64,000 nt of DNA. Source: Tricharina praecox. Taxonomy: Eukaryota. Below, in pieces: positions 51,183 through 64,000 of this stretch. The notes below the pieces were generated by a model. It was not told the DNA's origin. It did not search any database and was given only the letters and a program-made list of their open reading frames with translations. Every line of letters starts with the position of its first letter. The first letter of the stretch is position 1. The translations under genes were made by a program, and so were the position numbers. The stretch lies in the NCBI RefSeq assembly GCF_024521635.1, contig NW_026250404.1:62001-126000 (forward strand), given 5' to 3'.

Positions 51183-51851
51183 CTAGTAACGCGAGTTCCT
51201 CACCTGGGCGGGGATCTCGACGGGACCACCACCGAAGACGCTGCGGCCCGAAGTGCGGTGCTTGCCGTTACCGTAATCCTTCACGCACTCGTTCGACGCG
51301 GCGACCGAAAGGCCAGTGATGAGTTCACATCTGGGTGCAAGCTGATGTTAGTGTGTGTGCGAAAAGAGGAAGGAATGATACAAAACAACTCCAACTTACC
51401 CGAGTGAAAATTTATATGGTTTACCACAGAACTCGATCTTCGCGCCCATAAAAGTGGTAATCAGGTTGCAGTCGTTGAGGGGATGCATTTTACAGATGCC
51501 GCCCTTCTTGCCGGCAAGAAGAGCCGTGTAAATCATGATCCAGATTTCGGGGCTCTCGTTGGTGGTGTCGCAAGCGATACGGTTGTCGGCGGCGGAGGCG
51601 ACGGGACGGTTAATGACTTTGTCCTCGGAGGACAGGAAGTGGATCTCGAGCTCGGTTCCAATGACTGCCTCGTGGAGAGCTGCCTTGATGACCGAAGGCT
51701 CGGAGTGTTCGAGGTGAGCGAGCTGGTTTCCCAGAGCCTTAAGGTCCATGTTCTCGAGACGGGTGAGAGCATTGAAGTTGACCACCTTGGCGGCGGTGGA
51801 GCTTATTCCCGCGAGAAAGGCCAGGGAGGCAATAAGGAACTTGAACTGCAT
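51183..51851 (-). CDS. Small secreted cysteine-rich protein (about 200 aa, 6 Cys in the C-terminal half)
   Basis: Signal peptide MQFKFLIASLAFLAGISSTAA. Exons 51851-51400 and 51330-51183, intron 51399-51331 (GTAAGT...CTAAC...CAG). TATAAAA on the minus strand near 52055. Confidence 0.8.
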
Positions 51852-52281
51852 CGTGGATGAGATGATCGGGTTCTGAGTATTTGAATAAGTGGTTGAAGTA
51901 TTCGAAGAAGAAGAGGTGGAAGGATAAAAGTATCCGAAGAGGTGGAGGATGGATGGAGGGAGGTACGGAGGGATGTGTGATCGAAATGTGAAGTCAGCGG
52001 CGAGTGTAAAGAAGAAGAAGAAGAAGAAGTAGCGGGGGAGGAATAAGAGGGTTTTATAAGAGGTTTTCAGCCAAATGTTTGCCCTAGGCAAGGCACCTCG
52101 CTGAATCCAGTTTTCAAGGACAGCAAGATTTTGGCCGACGGAAACTGCAGTCGTGACTATAAACAGCACTGTGATGCGGCCAAGGCATAAACAATCACCG
52201 ATGAAGGTGGACACGAGCTACCGGTCCCTCCTATCACAACAGGGACCTGTGTTGTGAGCCGCAGATGCCTTCATTGTTTGA

Positions 52282-52500
52282 TCTGGAGCCTGGGCTCGCA
52301 TCGGCGCAGCTGCCGCCATCGACTCGCACAAACTGGTTTTAACGTCAGCCTGTCCTAGCAGACCTACAAAGAGCCAAAGCTGAGAGGATGCACGCCGAGC
52401 CTGTACAGTACACAATCGAGTGCATCAAGGATTACCTCGAGTTCTGGTCTCTGGTCTGGGCTCGCATCGGTGAAGCTGCCGCTACTATATCGACCCGCAC
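52282..52500. repeat. Diverged ~50-bp direct repeat, copies ~168 bp apart, upstream of the secreted-protein gene
   Basis: tctgg..ctgggctcgcatcgg.g.agctgccgc...atcgac.cgcac at ~52282-52328 and ~52449-52500. Confidence 0.75.
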
Positions 52501-53699
52501 GATCCACACGAACCAGTTTCCACATGTGTCTGTATTGTACTGGCTGAGCTATGAAGGAGAAAAGCCGAGAGGATAAACACAGAGACTTTACGGTACATTA
52601 TAGAACACATCCGAGTGCTTCATGAATCAAGAATTATCACTCTACTGTATCTCCATCGTGGCACGTGACCGTGATGTAGCAATGCCTTGGTAGTCCCTGG
52701 GACCTGTTCACTGCTTTGTTATGATGTCAACACACCACGCCCTCGTGGAGCGAGGTTCACGGCGGTGCAGAGCAACGGCAACAGCACTACAATGTCGAAG
52801 TCACAGAGAATCACGAGCGTCACATCGAGCCCATGTGGGTGGGACCGTTGGAACGAAGCATCACTGGCAGTCTACACTCGCCAGCCTGGGCTGACTCGCA
52901 ACGCATGGCTGGCCTTGACGATCGGGGCCGTACTGGCCGGAGCGATATGTACAGAGTAGGTGCATCATAGAATGGTCAGCTAGCAAGCAGTGAGCACCGA
53001 GGCACAGGTGAGGTCGAAGGGTGGTCTACGTACCGGGGGGAGAGGGGGAGGATGATCAACAGAGGAAGACTGGACGGGGTGAGTGAACGCAGGTAGCAAC
53101 GTGGGAACGACGATCGAAGGACGGAGCTCTGCTGTCGGATCGAGCAAGGACACGAGCAAGTGACGGATGGGACCCAGCATCCAGGCTGGCTTTTGATCTG
53201 TAGCCACACTCGAGGAGCGGCAGAAGAAGCACTCCGATGCCTGGAAGATGTGTGGCACCCTGGAAATCGTGCTTCACTACAAGCTGCACGGAACAAACAC
53301 AGTGGAGCACCTCAAGGTGAACATGCGGTAGCCCTTCACCGGACGTTCCAAGAGGTACATATGGCATTCCCGACGACGACGACGTAGCGAGTTGCGCAGA
53401 TCGCGCATTGAGCGTGACCCGGGGATGGTGAGATGGACTGCTCATGTCACATATTCGCCGATCCTACACTGCGGCTTCCAGAAGGTGGCCTCCCCGCACG
53501 CACACCAGCCATCCAGACTCTATGCATGTACAGATGCTCTCGCCCAAGGGCCATGGGGAAGAACGATCCTCGCAGTGTAGAATCCCCTTCCCCCCTCGGC
53601 GCGCGGAGGGGAGGCAGCTGCAGATCCCCCAGATCAGGAGCTCGCAGTTCGGATCGTTCCTGCTGCTGCTTTACCAGTGGGAGTGGGCAGGCCTGACGG

Positions 53700-54460
53700 C
53701 GTCTTTTTGTTTTGTTTAATCGTTAATTGCATACGTCCTATCTACGGTAGATCATGGCGATGTCCGCCCATATGTACACACACCGGTTCCAAGCCACTGT
53801 CCAACCCGACCCGACTTTCGTTGAGCGGCCTGATGTGTCTTCTCCTGTCCTCCGCCCTGGCCTGTCCCAGTGATATGTAGAAGTATGTAGAGCGCATCAA
53901 AGAAATAAAGCTAGGAAAGAAAAGCCCCAGTCTTCACTCCGCCTCATCCCCAGTCTCCTCGTTAGGAGAAGCGGTGTGGGGAGGAACAGCGGGAGTGACC
54001 CCGGCTCCTCAACCTCAGCACCCTCCTCCTCCTCTCGCCTCAAATCCGCCACCCTCTCTTCCCGCTCGTTGAGCTCCCACTCGACCAGTGGAGGAGAGGA
54101 AGTCTAGGATAGCTTGGCTGCAACGCTCGTCTGCGAAGAGGTCTCGGATCTTGAAACGATCCCCCCCTCCCCGTCTCCTTCCGGACCCGTGCTCACGGTA
54201 TCTTCTGCTAGCTCTTCCATCTGGGGCAGCATTTGGAGAGGTGCTCCCGGGTCCTAGTCTGGGTCTTGTAGTGAGCGGCACCATCCGCAGCGGGCGTCTG
54301 GGCGGCTCTTCGTCCGCTGGAGGTATGTACTAGCCAGTGAGACAGTGTCCATCTTCAGCTGGTAGAATCTCGAGGCTATGGCCGGCATCCGGCCGGGTTT
54401 CAGCCACGGTTTTTGGCTACATATACCGGTATTCTTGTTGGTGACTTTTGCATCAGGCCT
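53700..54460 (-). mobile_element. Degenerate 3' end of a non-LTR (LINE, Tad1-like) retrotransposon
   Basis: Minus-strand remnants IASRFYQLK[frameshift]GHCLTG*YI and RFKIRDLFADERCSQAILDFLSSTGRVG resemble fungal LINE ORF2 C-termini. The 3' UTR is shared with ~1490-1660. Confidence 0.72.
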
Positions 54461-56490
54461 GGCGGCGTTGAAGTGTTGAGGATTTGTGCACGCGAGATCG
54501 GTGAGTGAGTGAGACGCAGCGACCCCTACGGGATGGAAATAGTTAGCTGACTTACTTCGAATGCCATGTATTGGATCATGGTGGGATGGGGTGGGGTGTG
54601 GTCGCCCAAGAAACCGCCGTTGTGCACTCGTCGCCGTGATCAGCGGGGTTCGTTGCGCAGGCGAGAGCGCCCTGAGGATCCTACCGGGATCTATAGTAGG
54701 GACCTCATACCCATGCTGATTATTGCGGTTGGGTTCGTCTACGATGTACTAGGAGCTGCCGATAAGTGGTGCCTCACCACCATCACGAATTATAAGCGCA
54801 AATAAGCACTAGTCTATATTAGGAGAGCACTGAGCCAGATACAATCAAATGAGTGAGTGGTCGTGACTAAGTTGTATGGGGGAAAAACTGGTGAGGCAGC
54901 ACTTACCCTTACACCCGAGTACATACTCTGGATCAACTCGCTTGCTCCAGACATCATTTGACAGGCAGGGTGCCCTGACTTTGCGCACCGGAAATCATGT
55001 GTTGTGGCGGGCAGGAACTGTGAGCGAAATAGATCGCATAGACGTTGAGATGGCGGAGAGATATGTAGAGATGAGGCATTTGAGCTGGATGGAGGAAAAA
55101 GGGCCGGGTGGGTGCGCTTGCTCTGCTTCTTCTTTTTCGGAGCTACAGAAAATCCGCCGAGGGATTGATATCGGAGCAGCGGGAGCAGGGACTGAGTGCT
55201 GGGTTAGGGCTGGTTCGTCCCGACGTCACTATTGGCGTTGTTGAGACTCAACAGAATCCGCGGTGCCGGTTACTTTCACTTTGCGATCGATTCCGTGAAC
55301 TTTCATCGAAATCAACCGTTGAGGGGATGCTCGAGAGGGACTCGGACAGGTGAAGTCTCGACGAGGAGGAGGAGCTTTGGACAGAGGTGCTCCGCGAAGT
55401 GTGGACTTGCTCTTGCTGGTCGCACTTCCAAGCCGAATCGAGCCGGAAGAGAGAGCACGGTACTCTACCTATTCTCCGAGGGCAGGTGCATGCTTCTTTG
55501 GACGAGAGTAGTTGTTTGCTTTCTGTGCCGCGATCTGTGAGCTGGAACAGCTACCTTGGACATCGTCGTGGTAGGTATCGAGACGAATGGGATTCTGTCG
55601 TTGTGGCGGGGTTGGCGACTCAACTCAACCTAACAGTCCCCTGTCGTTGAGCCCCAAACGAATTCCCAACGTCGTTCCTCAAAAATTCTTTCCCGCGTCC
55701 GTGACCCACCGCAACCACCACCAAGACTCGCTCTCGCTATTCATCCACCACTCAACCGTCTCCGTGCACGCCCCCATCGTGGTGGACTCCTGTCAATGCC
55801 TTCGATGTCTCTCCTCGCGGGCTCTGTGAACATCAATTGCAATTTCGATCGAGAGGAATTGAGCTTTCTGAGCAGCAAGAAAGGTTCCGATGGATGAAAG
55901 CTGGCTATAGCTCGTTGGTCTGTGCCCGTTCGCTCTGTTTGCCCAGGTCGTTCTCTGTAGCTTGCTCTCGTCCAAGTGTGCTGGCTGCTCTTAAACTCTG
56001 GCTGCTCTTAAACTCGGCGGCGTTGCAGGGTTCATTGCTCCCCCCACTATTAGTAGTACAGGGAACGACCCTTCCCCGCCAACCCACCGAATCTATCTCA
56101 ACCACCATTCAGCACTCCGCTCTTGTCATCCTTTCCCACCTCCACCACGACTACACCACGACGACCCCCGTCTGGTATACCCACCCGAACACCTTCTTCA
56201 TCACCCCTCCGGACCCCATCTCCTCCCAATCTCCTCGATCGTTCATCCATCTCCATTCTTCCACCTATTAGTATCTTTGCTGTGCATCAACCACGTCCTC
56301 CCCTCTGTGGCCTCCGTTTTCCCGTCTGCTTCCTCGCCTCCACGCTTCCTGTGTCAATCTTCGCCCGCGTTGTGTGCCATTGCAGCTTGTATCCACCTCT
56401 AATTCTTCATCATCACCTCAACTCCCTGGCCGTAGCAGCTTCCATCACTTCAACCCCGCAGCAGCGCCAGAGCCGTCCACCCCAGCAGAC

Positions 56491-59400
56491 ATGGCGGAAG
56501 CATCGACTCCATCTCCGCCGCCGCAGAGTGCAGACTCCCTCGGACGAACCAATTCATACTCGTCCAAATTCACCCTTCCGGACCACTACTACGGTGGAAA
56601 CAGATTAGATACTGCACCCCCTAGCAAAGTTAAGGACTTCGTGGCAGCAAACGATGGACATACCGTGATCACAAAGGTATGTGTATCCCGTTCTGATTCG
56701 TCCTCCTGCCCTCTCCCTCCCCGGAGCTGTAAAATCTCTGTCTCCGGGATCCAAATTCATCACCGGATAGCGATTGGGCCGTGGCGGAGTTCGATGCAGT
56801 AGGCTAACCGATTGGTGTCACGACGGCAGGTTCTCATTGCCAACAACGGAATTGCCGCCGTCAAGGAGATCCGAAGTGTACGAAAATGGGCGTACGAGTC
56901 GTTCGGAGATGAAAAGGCGATACAATTTACCGTCATGGCGACGCCGGAGGATCTCCAGGCCAATGCCGATTACATTAGAATGGCGGATCAATATGTGGAG
57001 GTATGAAACCTGGTTGATTACATTGAGGAAATCATGGCAGGGCCCACGGTTGGATCGGTGCTGACATCTCAACTCACAGGTTCCCGGGGGCACTAATAAT
57101 AATAACTACGCCAATGTGGAGTTAATAGTAGACGTTGCGGAGCGAATGGGGGTACATGCTGTGTGGGCAGGATGGTGAGAAATCCCCACGGATTGGCGGC
57201 GAATTGCGGGGCATCCTTACTGACGGTGATTCTCTCATCCACCAGGGGCCATGCCAGTGAGAACCCTCTACTACCCGAGTCCCTCGCCAAATCGAAGATT
57301 GTGTTCATTGGACCTCCCGGGGCGGCAATGCGGTCGCTCGGTGACAAGATTTCGTCCACGATCGTCGCTCAGCACGCCAAAGTCCCTTGTATCCCCTGGA
57401 GCGGAACAGGTGTGGACCAGGTGGATGTTGGAGAGGATGGACTCGTCACTGTTTCCGCCGAAGTCTACGCTAAAGGATGCACTCACAATGCGGAGGAGGC
57501 GTTGGCAAAAGCGAAGGAGATCGGGTTTCCCGTCATGATTAAGGCATCTGAGGGAGGAGGAGGAAAGGGTATCAGAAAGGTTGACAGCGAGGAGGGATTT
57601 GCGGCCCTGTACAGCCAAGTCGCCGGCGAAGTGCCGGGATCCCCCATTTTCATCATGAAGCTGGCGGGTAGCGCTCGTCATCTCGAGGTACAGCTTCTTG
57701 CCGACCAGTACGGAAACAACATCTCGCTCTCCGGCCGTGATTGTTCCGTGCAGCGACGACACCAGAAAATCATCGAGGAGGCACCGGTCACTGTTGCCAA
57801 GCCCGAAACCTTCCAGGCGATGGAGCGTGCAGCCGTACGACTGGGAAAGCTTGTCGGATACGTGTCTGCCGGTACCGTTGAATACCTCTACTCGCACGTC
57901 GATGACAAGTTCTACTTCCTGGAATTGAATCCCCGTCTCCAGGTCGAGCACCCGACGACCGAGATGGTCACCGGAGTCAACCTTCCGGCCGCTCAGCTCC
58001 AGATCGCCATGGGTATCCCCCTTCACAGAGTCCGTGACATTCGGTTGTTGTACGGAGTCGACCCCAACACAACGAGCGAGATCGACTTTGATTTCTCCAA
58101 GGAAGGTTCCGAGACCACCCAGCGACGACCTTCGGCCAAGGGTCACTGCACTGCGTGCCGTATCACTTCCGAGGATCCCGGCGAGGGTTTCAAGCCTTCG
58201 AGTGGAATGATGCACGAGCTCAACTTCCGATCATCCTCGAACGTCTGGGGTTACTTCTCTGTCGGTACCGCTGGTGGTATCCACTCTTTCTCCGATTCGC
58301 AGTTCGGTCACATCTTCGCATACGGCGAGAACCGTAGTGCTTCCCGAAAGCACATGGTTGTTGCGCTGAAGGAACTGAGCATCCGTGGTGACTTCAGAAC
58401 CACCGTCGAGTACCTCATCAAGCTCCTGGAGACCCCGGCTTTCGAGGCCAACACCATCACCACCGGCTGGCTCGATGAGTTGATCTCCAAGAAGCTTACA
58501 TCCGAGCGGCCAGATCCCATCCTTGCCGTGGTCTGCGGTGCAGTTGCGAAGGCCCATGTCGCCAGCGAGGCTTGCATCACCGAGTACAGGGCATCGCTCG
58601 AGAAAGGACAGGTTCCGGCGAAGGATATTCTCAAGAATGTTTTCCCCGTTGATTTCATCTACGATGGTTTGAGGTACAAGTTCACCGCTACGAGGTCCAG
58701 CAGCGAATCCTACAACCTGTTTGTCAACGGCTCCAAGTGCACTGTTGGTGTCCGTGCGTTGACCGACGGCGGTCTTCTGGTCCTCTTGGACGGCAAGAGT
58801 CACAACGTGTACTGGAAAGAGGAGGTCGGAGCGACCCGGTTGAGCGTGGACAGCAAGACGTGCTTGCTTGAGCAGGAGAACGACCCGACTCAGCTCAGAA
58901 CTCCTTCTCCGGGAAAGCTCGTCAAGTTCCTCGTGGAGAGCGGCGATCACGTCAAGAAAGGACAGGCGTTTGCGGAGGTGGAAGTCATGAAGATGTACAT
59001 GCCTCTGGTTACCCAAGAAGACGGTATCGTGCAGTTCATCAAGCAGCCCGGTGCCACCCTGGAGGCCGGAGATATCATTGGTATCCTCGCACTCGACGAT
59101 CCTAGCCGCGTCAAGCACGCATCGCCGTTCAGTGGCCAGCTCCCCGTTTTCGGACCTCCCCGCGTCGTCGGAAACAAACTGCCTCAGCGATTCGCCCTTC
59201 TTGCAGGTGTTCTCGGCAACATCCTCGATGGTTACGATAATCAGTTTGTCATGGGCTCTACCCTCAAGGAGCTGATCGAAGTGCTGCGCGACCCCGAGCT
59301 TCCTTACGGCGAGTTCGCTTCGCAATACTCTGCCTTGCACTCCCGTATGCCTCAGAAGCTTGAGCAGACTCTGTCTCAAATTGTCGAACGTTCCAAGGGC

Positions 59401-62400
59401 AGAAAGAGTGAATTCCCTGCCAAGCAACTCCGGAAAGCTTTGGACAAGTTCTTGGAAGAGCACGTTGTGGCCGGTGATGTGGAGATGATCCGACAGTCGC
59501 TCGCACCGCTCACTGTGATCATGGACCAGTACATGGATGGCTTGAAGTCGCACGAGTTCCACATCTTCCTTGGATTCTTGGAGCGATACTGGAGCGTTGA
59601 GAAGCTATTCTCCGGCCACAACAAACGCGAGGAGGACGTTATCCTGAAGCTTCGTGATGAGAACAAGGATGATGTTGGAAAGGCTGTCACTGTCGTGCTC
59701 TCGCACAGCAGGGTTGGGGCCAAGAACAACTTGATTCTTGCGATCCTCGACGAATACCGTCCCAACAAGCCCAACAACTCCCAGGTCGCAAAGTTCTTCC
59801 GTCCGATGCTCAAGAAGCTCACCGAGCTGGAGGCCCGTGCCACTGCCAAGGTTGCGCTGAAGGCCCGTGAGGTTCTCATCCAATGCGCACTGCCTTCGTT
59901 GGAGGAGAGAGCCAGTCAGATGGAGCACATCCTTCGGTCGTCTGTTGTGGAGTCTCGATATGGCGAGACTGGTTGGGAGCACAGAACCCCCTCCCTCGAT
60001 GTCATCCGCGAGGTCATCGACTCCAAGTACACTGTGTTTGATGTCCTGCCAACCTTCTTCGCGCATGCCGATCCCTGGGTTTCTTTGGCTGCTCTGGAAG
60101 TGTACATCCGCCGTGCCTACAGGGCCTACCAAATCCACGACATCCAGTACCACGGTACCGATGCCGAACCTCCGTACGTTCTCACATGGGACTTCCAGAT
60201 GAGGAAGGTTGGTGTTGCCGAGTACGGGGCCGCTCAGCCTTCTACTCCGGCTACGCCCACGTCGGAGCACGGCAATCCTTTCTCGAAGAGAGTCGGATCT
60301 ATCAGCGACCTTTCTTTCCTGGTTGCCAAGTCCGGCGAGGAGCCTATCCGCAAGGGTGTGATTGTCCCCGTGCTCTTCTTGGATGAGGTCGAGGACTTCT
60401 TGACAAAGGCGATCGAGCAGATCCCTCCTCGCATCAAGAGGAGCCGATCTCCCCAGGCTGGGCTTATGGCCAACCTTGAAGGTCGGAGACGGCCACAGCC
60501 GTTGCTGACCGGTGCTACCAATGACGACGACGAGACGCTGTCGGCGGTGTGCAACGTCGCCATCCGGGATGTTGAGTCCAAGGATGACAAGGAGGTACTG
60601 GACAGAATCCAACCGTTGGTCAACGATGTGAAGGAAGACCTTATTTCCCGCGGTATCCGAAGGATCACTTTCGTCTGCGGTCACAAGGATGGATCGTACC
60701 CTGCGTACTTCACTTTCAGGTGGCCCGAATATAAGGAGGAGGAGAGCATTCGTCACATCGAACCGGCGTTGGCTTTCCAGCTCGAGCTGGGCAGACTCCG
60801 TAACTTCAACATTAAGCCTGTCTTCACGGAGAATAGAAATATCCATGTCTACGAGGCGATTGGAAAGGAGTCACCCGGCGATAAGCGTTACTTCACCAGG
60901 GCAGTTGTTCGTCCTGGCAGATTGCGCGATGAGATCCCAACCGCGGATTACCTCATTTCGGAAACCGACAGATTGGTTAACGATATCCTGGATGCCATGG
61001 AGATCATTGGCAACAACAACTCCGATCTCAACCACATCTTCATCAACTTCTCTCCTGTCTTCCCCTTGAGCCCTGAGGAGATCGAGCCCGCCCTTGGTGG
61101 TTTCATTGAGCGCTTCGGAAGGCGTCTCTGGAGACTCCGTGTTACCGGTGCTGAGATCCGTATCGTCTGCACTGACCCGGAGAGCGGCCAGTCCTTCCCC
61201 ATCCGTATGTTGATTCAGAATGTCTCTGGATATGTCATCCAAGTTGAGATGTACGCCGAGCGAAAGGCCGAGAAGGGTCAATGGGTGTTCCACAGCATCG
61301 GTTCCAAGCATGGCTCCATGCATCTCCGCTCAACGACCACTCCTTACGCCGCGAAGGAATGGCTGCAGCCCAAGAGGTACAAGGCCCATCTCATGGGAAC
61401 CCAGTATGTCTACGACTTCCCCGAGTTGTTCAGACAGGCTGTTTTCCAGTCCTGGGGCAAACTTGTACAGAAGTTGCCAAACCTCAAGGAAAAGGTTCCG
61501 GATATCTCCGACTGCCTGGACTACAACGAACTCATCATCGACGAGAATGGTGAGCTGGCTGAGGTCAAGCGTGAGCCCGGTACCAACACCCACGGTATGG
61601 TTGGATGGATCGTGACGGCAAAGACTCCCGAGTACACTCGTGGAAGGAGGTTCGTCATCATTGCCAACGACATCACCTTCAAGATCGGATCTTTCGGACC
61701 TCAGGAGGATAGCTTCTTCAACAAGTGTACCGAATACGCTCGCAAGCTCGGTATTCCTCGGATTTACCTTTCCGCAAACTCCGGTGCGAGGATCGGAATG
61801 GCCGAGGAGTTGATTCCCCACTTCTCTGTTGCTTGGAATGATGTAGAGAAGCCCGAGACTGGATTCAAATACCTCTACCTCACCCCCGAGGCCTACCGCC
61901 GATTCTGTGACAGGAAGAAGAAGGATGTGATCTGCGAGCGCATCGTTGAGGACGGAGAGGAGCGGTACAAGATTACGACCGTTATCGGTGCTGAGGATGG
62001 TTTGGGTGTTGAGTGTTTGAGAGGCTCCGGATTGATTGCCGGTGCTACCAGTCGCGCATACGAGGATATTTTCACCATCACTCTCGTCACCTGTCGATCC
62101 GTCGGTATCGGTGCTTACCTGGTGCGCCTGGGACAACGTGCAATCCAGATCGAGGGCCAGCCTATCGTGAGTATTCCAAGCCTTGCATTCCGTGAAACAT
62201 TCTAACTTACTTGCAGATTCTTACCGGCGCTCCCGCCATCAACAAGCTCTTGGGACGTGAGGTCTACACTTCGAACCTCCAGCTTGGAGGCACGCAGATC
62301 ATGTACAAGAACGGTGTCTCGCATCTGACCGCTACCGATGATTACGAGGGAGTGCAGAAGATTATCGAGTGGATGTCGTACGTGCCAGAGCGCAAGGGTG

Positions 62401-63692
62401 CTCCGATCCCCGTTTCGCCATCTGTTGATACTTGGGACCGGGACATCACTTTCGTGCCACCCGGCAAGAACCCATACGACGTTAGATGGCTCATTGCCGG
62501 TAAGGAGGATGAGGACGGCTTCCAGTCTGGATTCTTCGATCGAGATTCCTTCCAGGAGACTCTTAGCGGATGGGCAAAGACTGTTGTTGTCGGTCGTGCT
62601 CGTCTGCACGGTATCCCCGTCGGTGTCATCGCCGTCGAGACCCGGTCGGTGGAGAACGTCACGCCTGCGGATCCTGCCAACCCTGACTCCACTGAGATGG
62701 TTACCCAGGAAGCCGGTCAGGTTTGGTACCCCAACTCGGCCTTCAAGACTGCTCAGGCCATCAACGACTTCAACCACGGTGAACAGCTTCCGTTGTTCAT
62801 CTTCGCCAACTGGCGTGGATTCTCCGGTGGCCAGCGCGACATGTACAACGAGGTCCTCAAGTACGGTTCTTACATCGTCGATGCCCTGGTCAAGTACGAG
62901 CAGCCCATCTTCGTTTACATCCCGCCTTTCGGAGAGCTCCGTGGAGGATCCTGGGTTGTGGTCGACCCCACCATCAACGAGAACATGATGGAGATGTACG
63001 CGGACGAGGAGTCCCGTGCCGGTGTTCTGGAGCCCGAGGGTATCGTGGGTATCAAGTTCCGTCGCGAGAAACAGCTGGATACGATGGCACGTCTTGACGC
63101 CACCTACGGCGAACTTCGCCGCCGCGCCGCCAGCAAGGACTTGTCTCCTGAGGAACAGGCTGAGATCAAGACCAAAATGACCGACCGCGAGAACCTTCTC
63201 CTGCCTGTCTACAGCCAGGTGTCGCTTCAATTCGCTGACCTCCACGACCGTGCTGGCCGCATGCAAGCCAAGGGCGCCATCCGCATGCCTCTGCAATGGC
63301 AGCAGGCCCGTCGCTTCTTCTACTGGCGTCTCCGCCGTCGTCTCAACGAGGAGCTCTTCCTCCGCAAGATGGCCGCTGCAGACAAGGTCTCGGTCCGCGC
63401 CGAGAACCTCGCACGCCTCAGGAGCCTTGTTGTGTCGGACGAGAACTCGACCATCTTCGATGAGGACGACCGTCTCGTTGCCATGTGGTACGAGGACAAC
63501 ATGAAGGACGTCCTGATCAAGATTGAGGGTCTCAAGCAGGATGGAATTGCTGCGCAGGTGGCCGCGCTCATCTCGGACCATGGAAAGTCTGCGCTCAAGG
63601 GTGTGGCTATGGCTTTGGCCGGTATGAGCCCTGAGATCAAGGCTATGGCGCTTAAGGCTCTTGGTGGTGCGTCGGGGGAGAAGGATGCGTAG
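56491..63692 (+). CDS. ACC1: Acetyl-CoA carboxylase (biotin carboxylase + BCCP + central + carboxyltransferase domains)
   Basis: [47 protein letters not shown], biotinylation motif EVMKM, and CT motifs [16 protein letters not shown] and [13 protein letters not shown]. Introns 56677-56829, 57001-57079, 57175-57245 and 62167-62216; stop TAG 63690-63692. Confidence 0.98.
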
Positions 63693-64000
63693 ACGTTTTC
63701 TGTGGGGACTTGTAGTTTGAGGGGGAGGGGGTCAAATGGAAATGGATATGGAAAAGGGGAGGGGGGCGTTTTGTTTTGCGTGGATTTTTTCTTCTTATTT
63801 TCCTTGCTGTTTGTTCATTTCATTTTCATTTCGAGTTTCATGTGTCATGTGTGGTGGTTGGCTACTTGCTTTCGTTTCGTTTTTTGCTTACCGTATTTAC
63901 TCTACTCTATTGGTGGGTGCTGAATAAATTCTCATGGTTGGTTTGCGTATAATTGCAGCTTGTGACTGTGTGGTCCATCTGTGTGGCATAGCTCCCCGGG

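Noticed and set aside
60285..60320. [11 protein letters not shown] motif in the ACC central domain
   Set aside because: Matches the known Snf1/AMPK regulatory site of fungal ACC; expected, not novel.
57271..63581. Long antisense ORFs (314, 443, 413, 268 and 459 aa) opposite ACC
   Set aside because: Shadow ORFs caused by strong codon bias on the coding strand; no recognisable domains.
63690..63760. Stop-codon readthrough of ACC to a peroxisomal signal
   Set aside because: The stop is TAG-ACG, not the TGA-CTA readthrough context, and the downstream frame does not end in a PTS1-like tripeptide.
1..64000. Window as a functional gene cluster (secondary metabolite or defence)
   Set aside because: Genes are unrelated housekeeping functions; no PKS/NRPS, NLR/HET or Starship captain gene was recognised.

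Overview
Eukaryotic genomic DNA from a filamentous ascomycete. It has short GT-AG introns with CTRAY branch points and long intergenic spacers; a Pezizomycetes origin is plausible but only inferred. I could reconstruct 11 protein-coding genes by hand: a Rad9/Crb2-type checkpoint mediator, a Swa2/auxilin-like UBA-TPR-J protein, an Xaa-Pro peptidase, a J-like domain + PPxY + TM + prenylcysteine-oxidase-like fusion, Gtr1/RagA, a probable sororin-like protein, Snf5, an Rco1-like double-PHD protein, a Vcx1-type Ca2+/H+ exchanger, a PAP2_3 membrane protein and acetyl-CoA carboxylase. A twelfth gene encodes a small secreted 6-Cys protein. Mobile DNA comprises a fully delimited 873-bp non-autonomous hAT element (17-bp TIRs, 8-bp TSD, decayed dimerization domain) and two 3' relics of one LINE family. 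There are also several minisatellites. The main leads are (1) the unusual J-like/PY-motif/TM/flavoenzyme architecture, (2) a non-AUG in-frame extension of ACC that looks like a mitochondrial presequence, plus a two-AUG case in the peptidase, (3) the sororin-like gene and (4) tandemly duplicated exon-intron modules upstream of the PHD gene. I recognised no tRNA, rRNA or CRISPR feature. Family assignments come from recognised motifs, not database searches.
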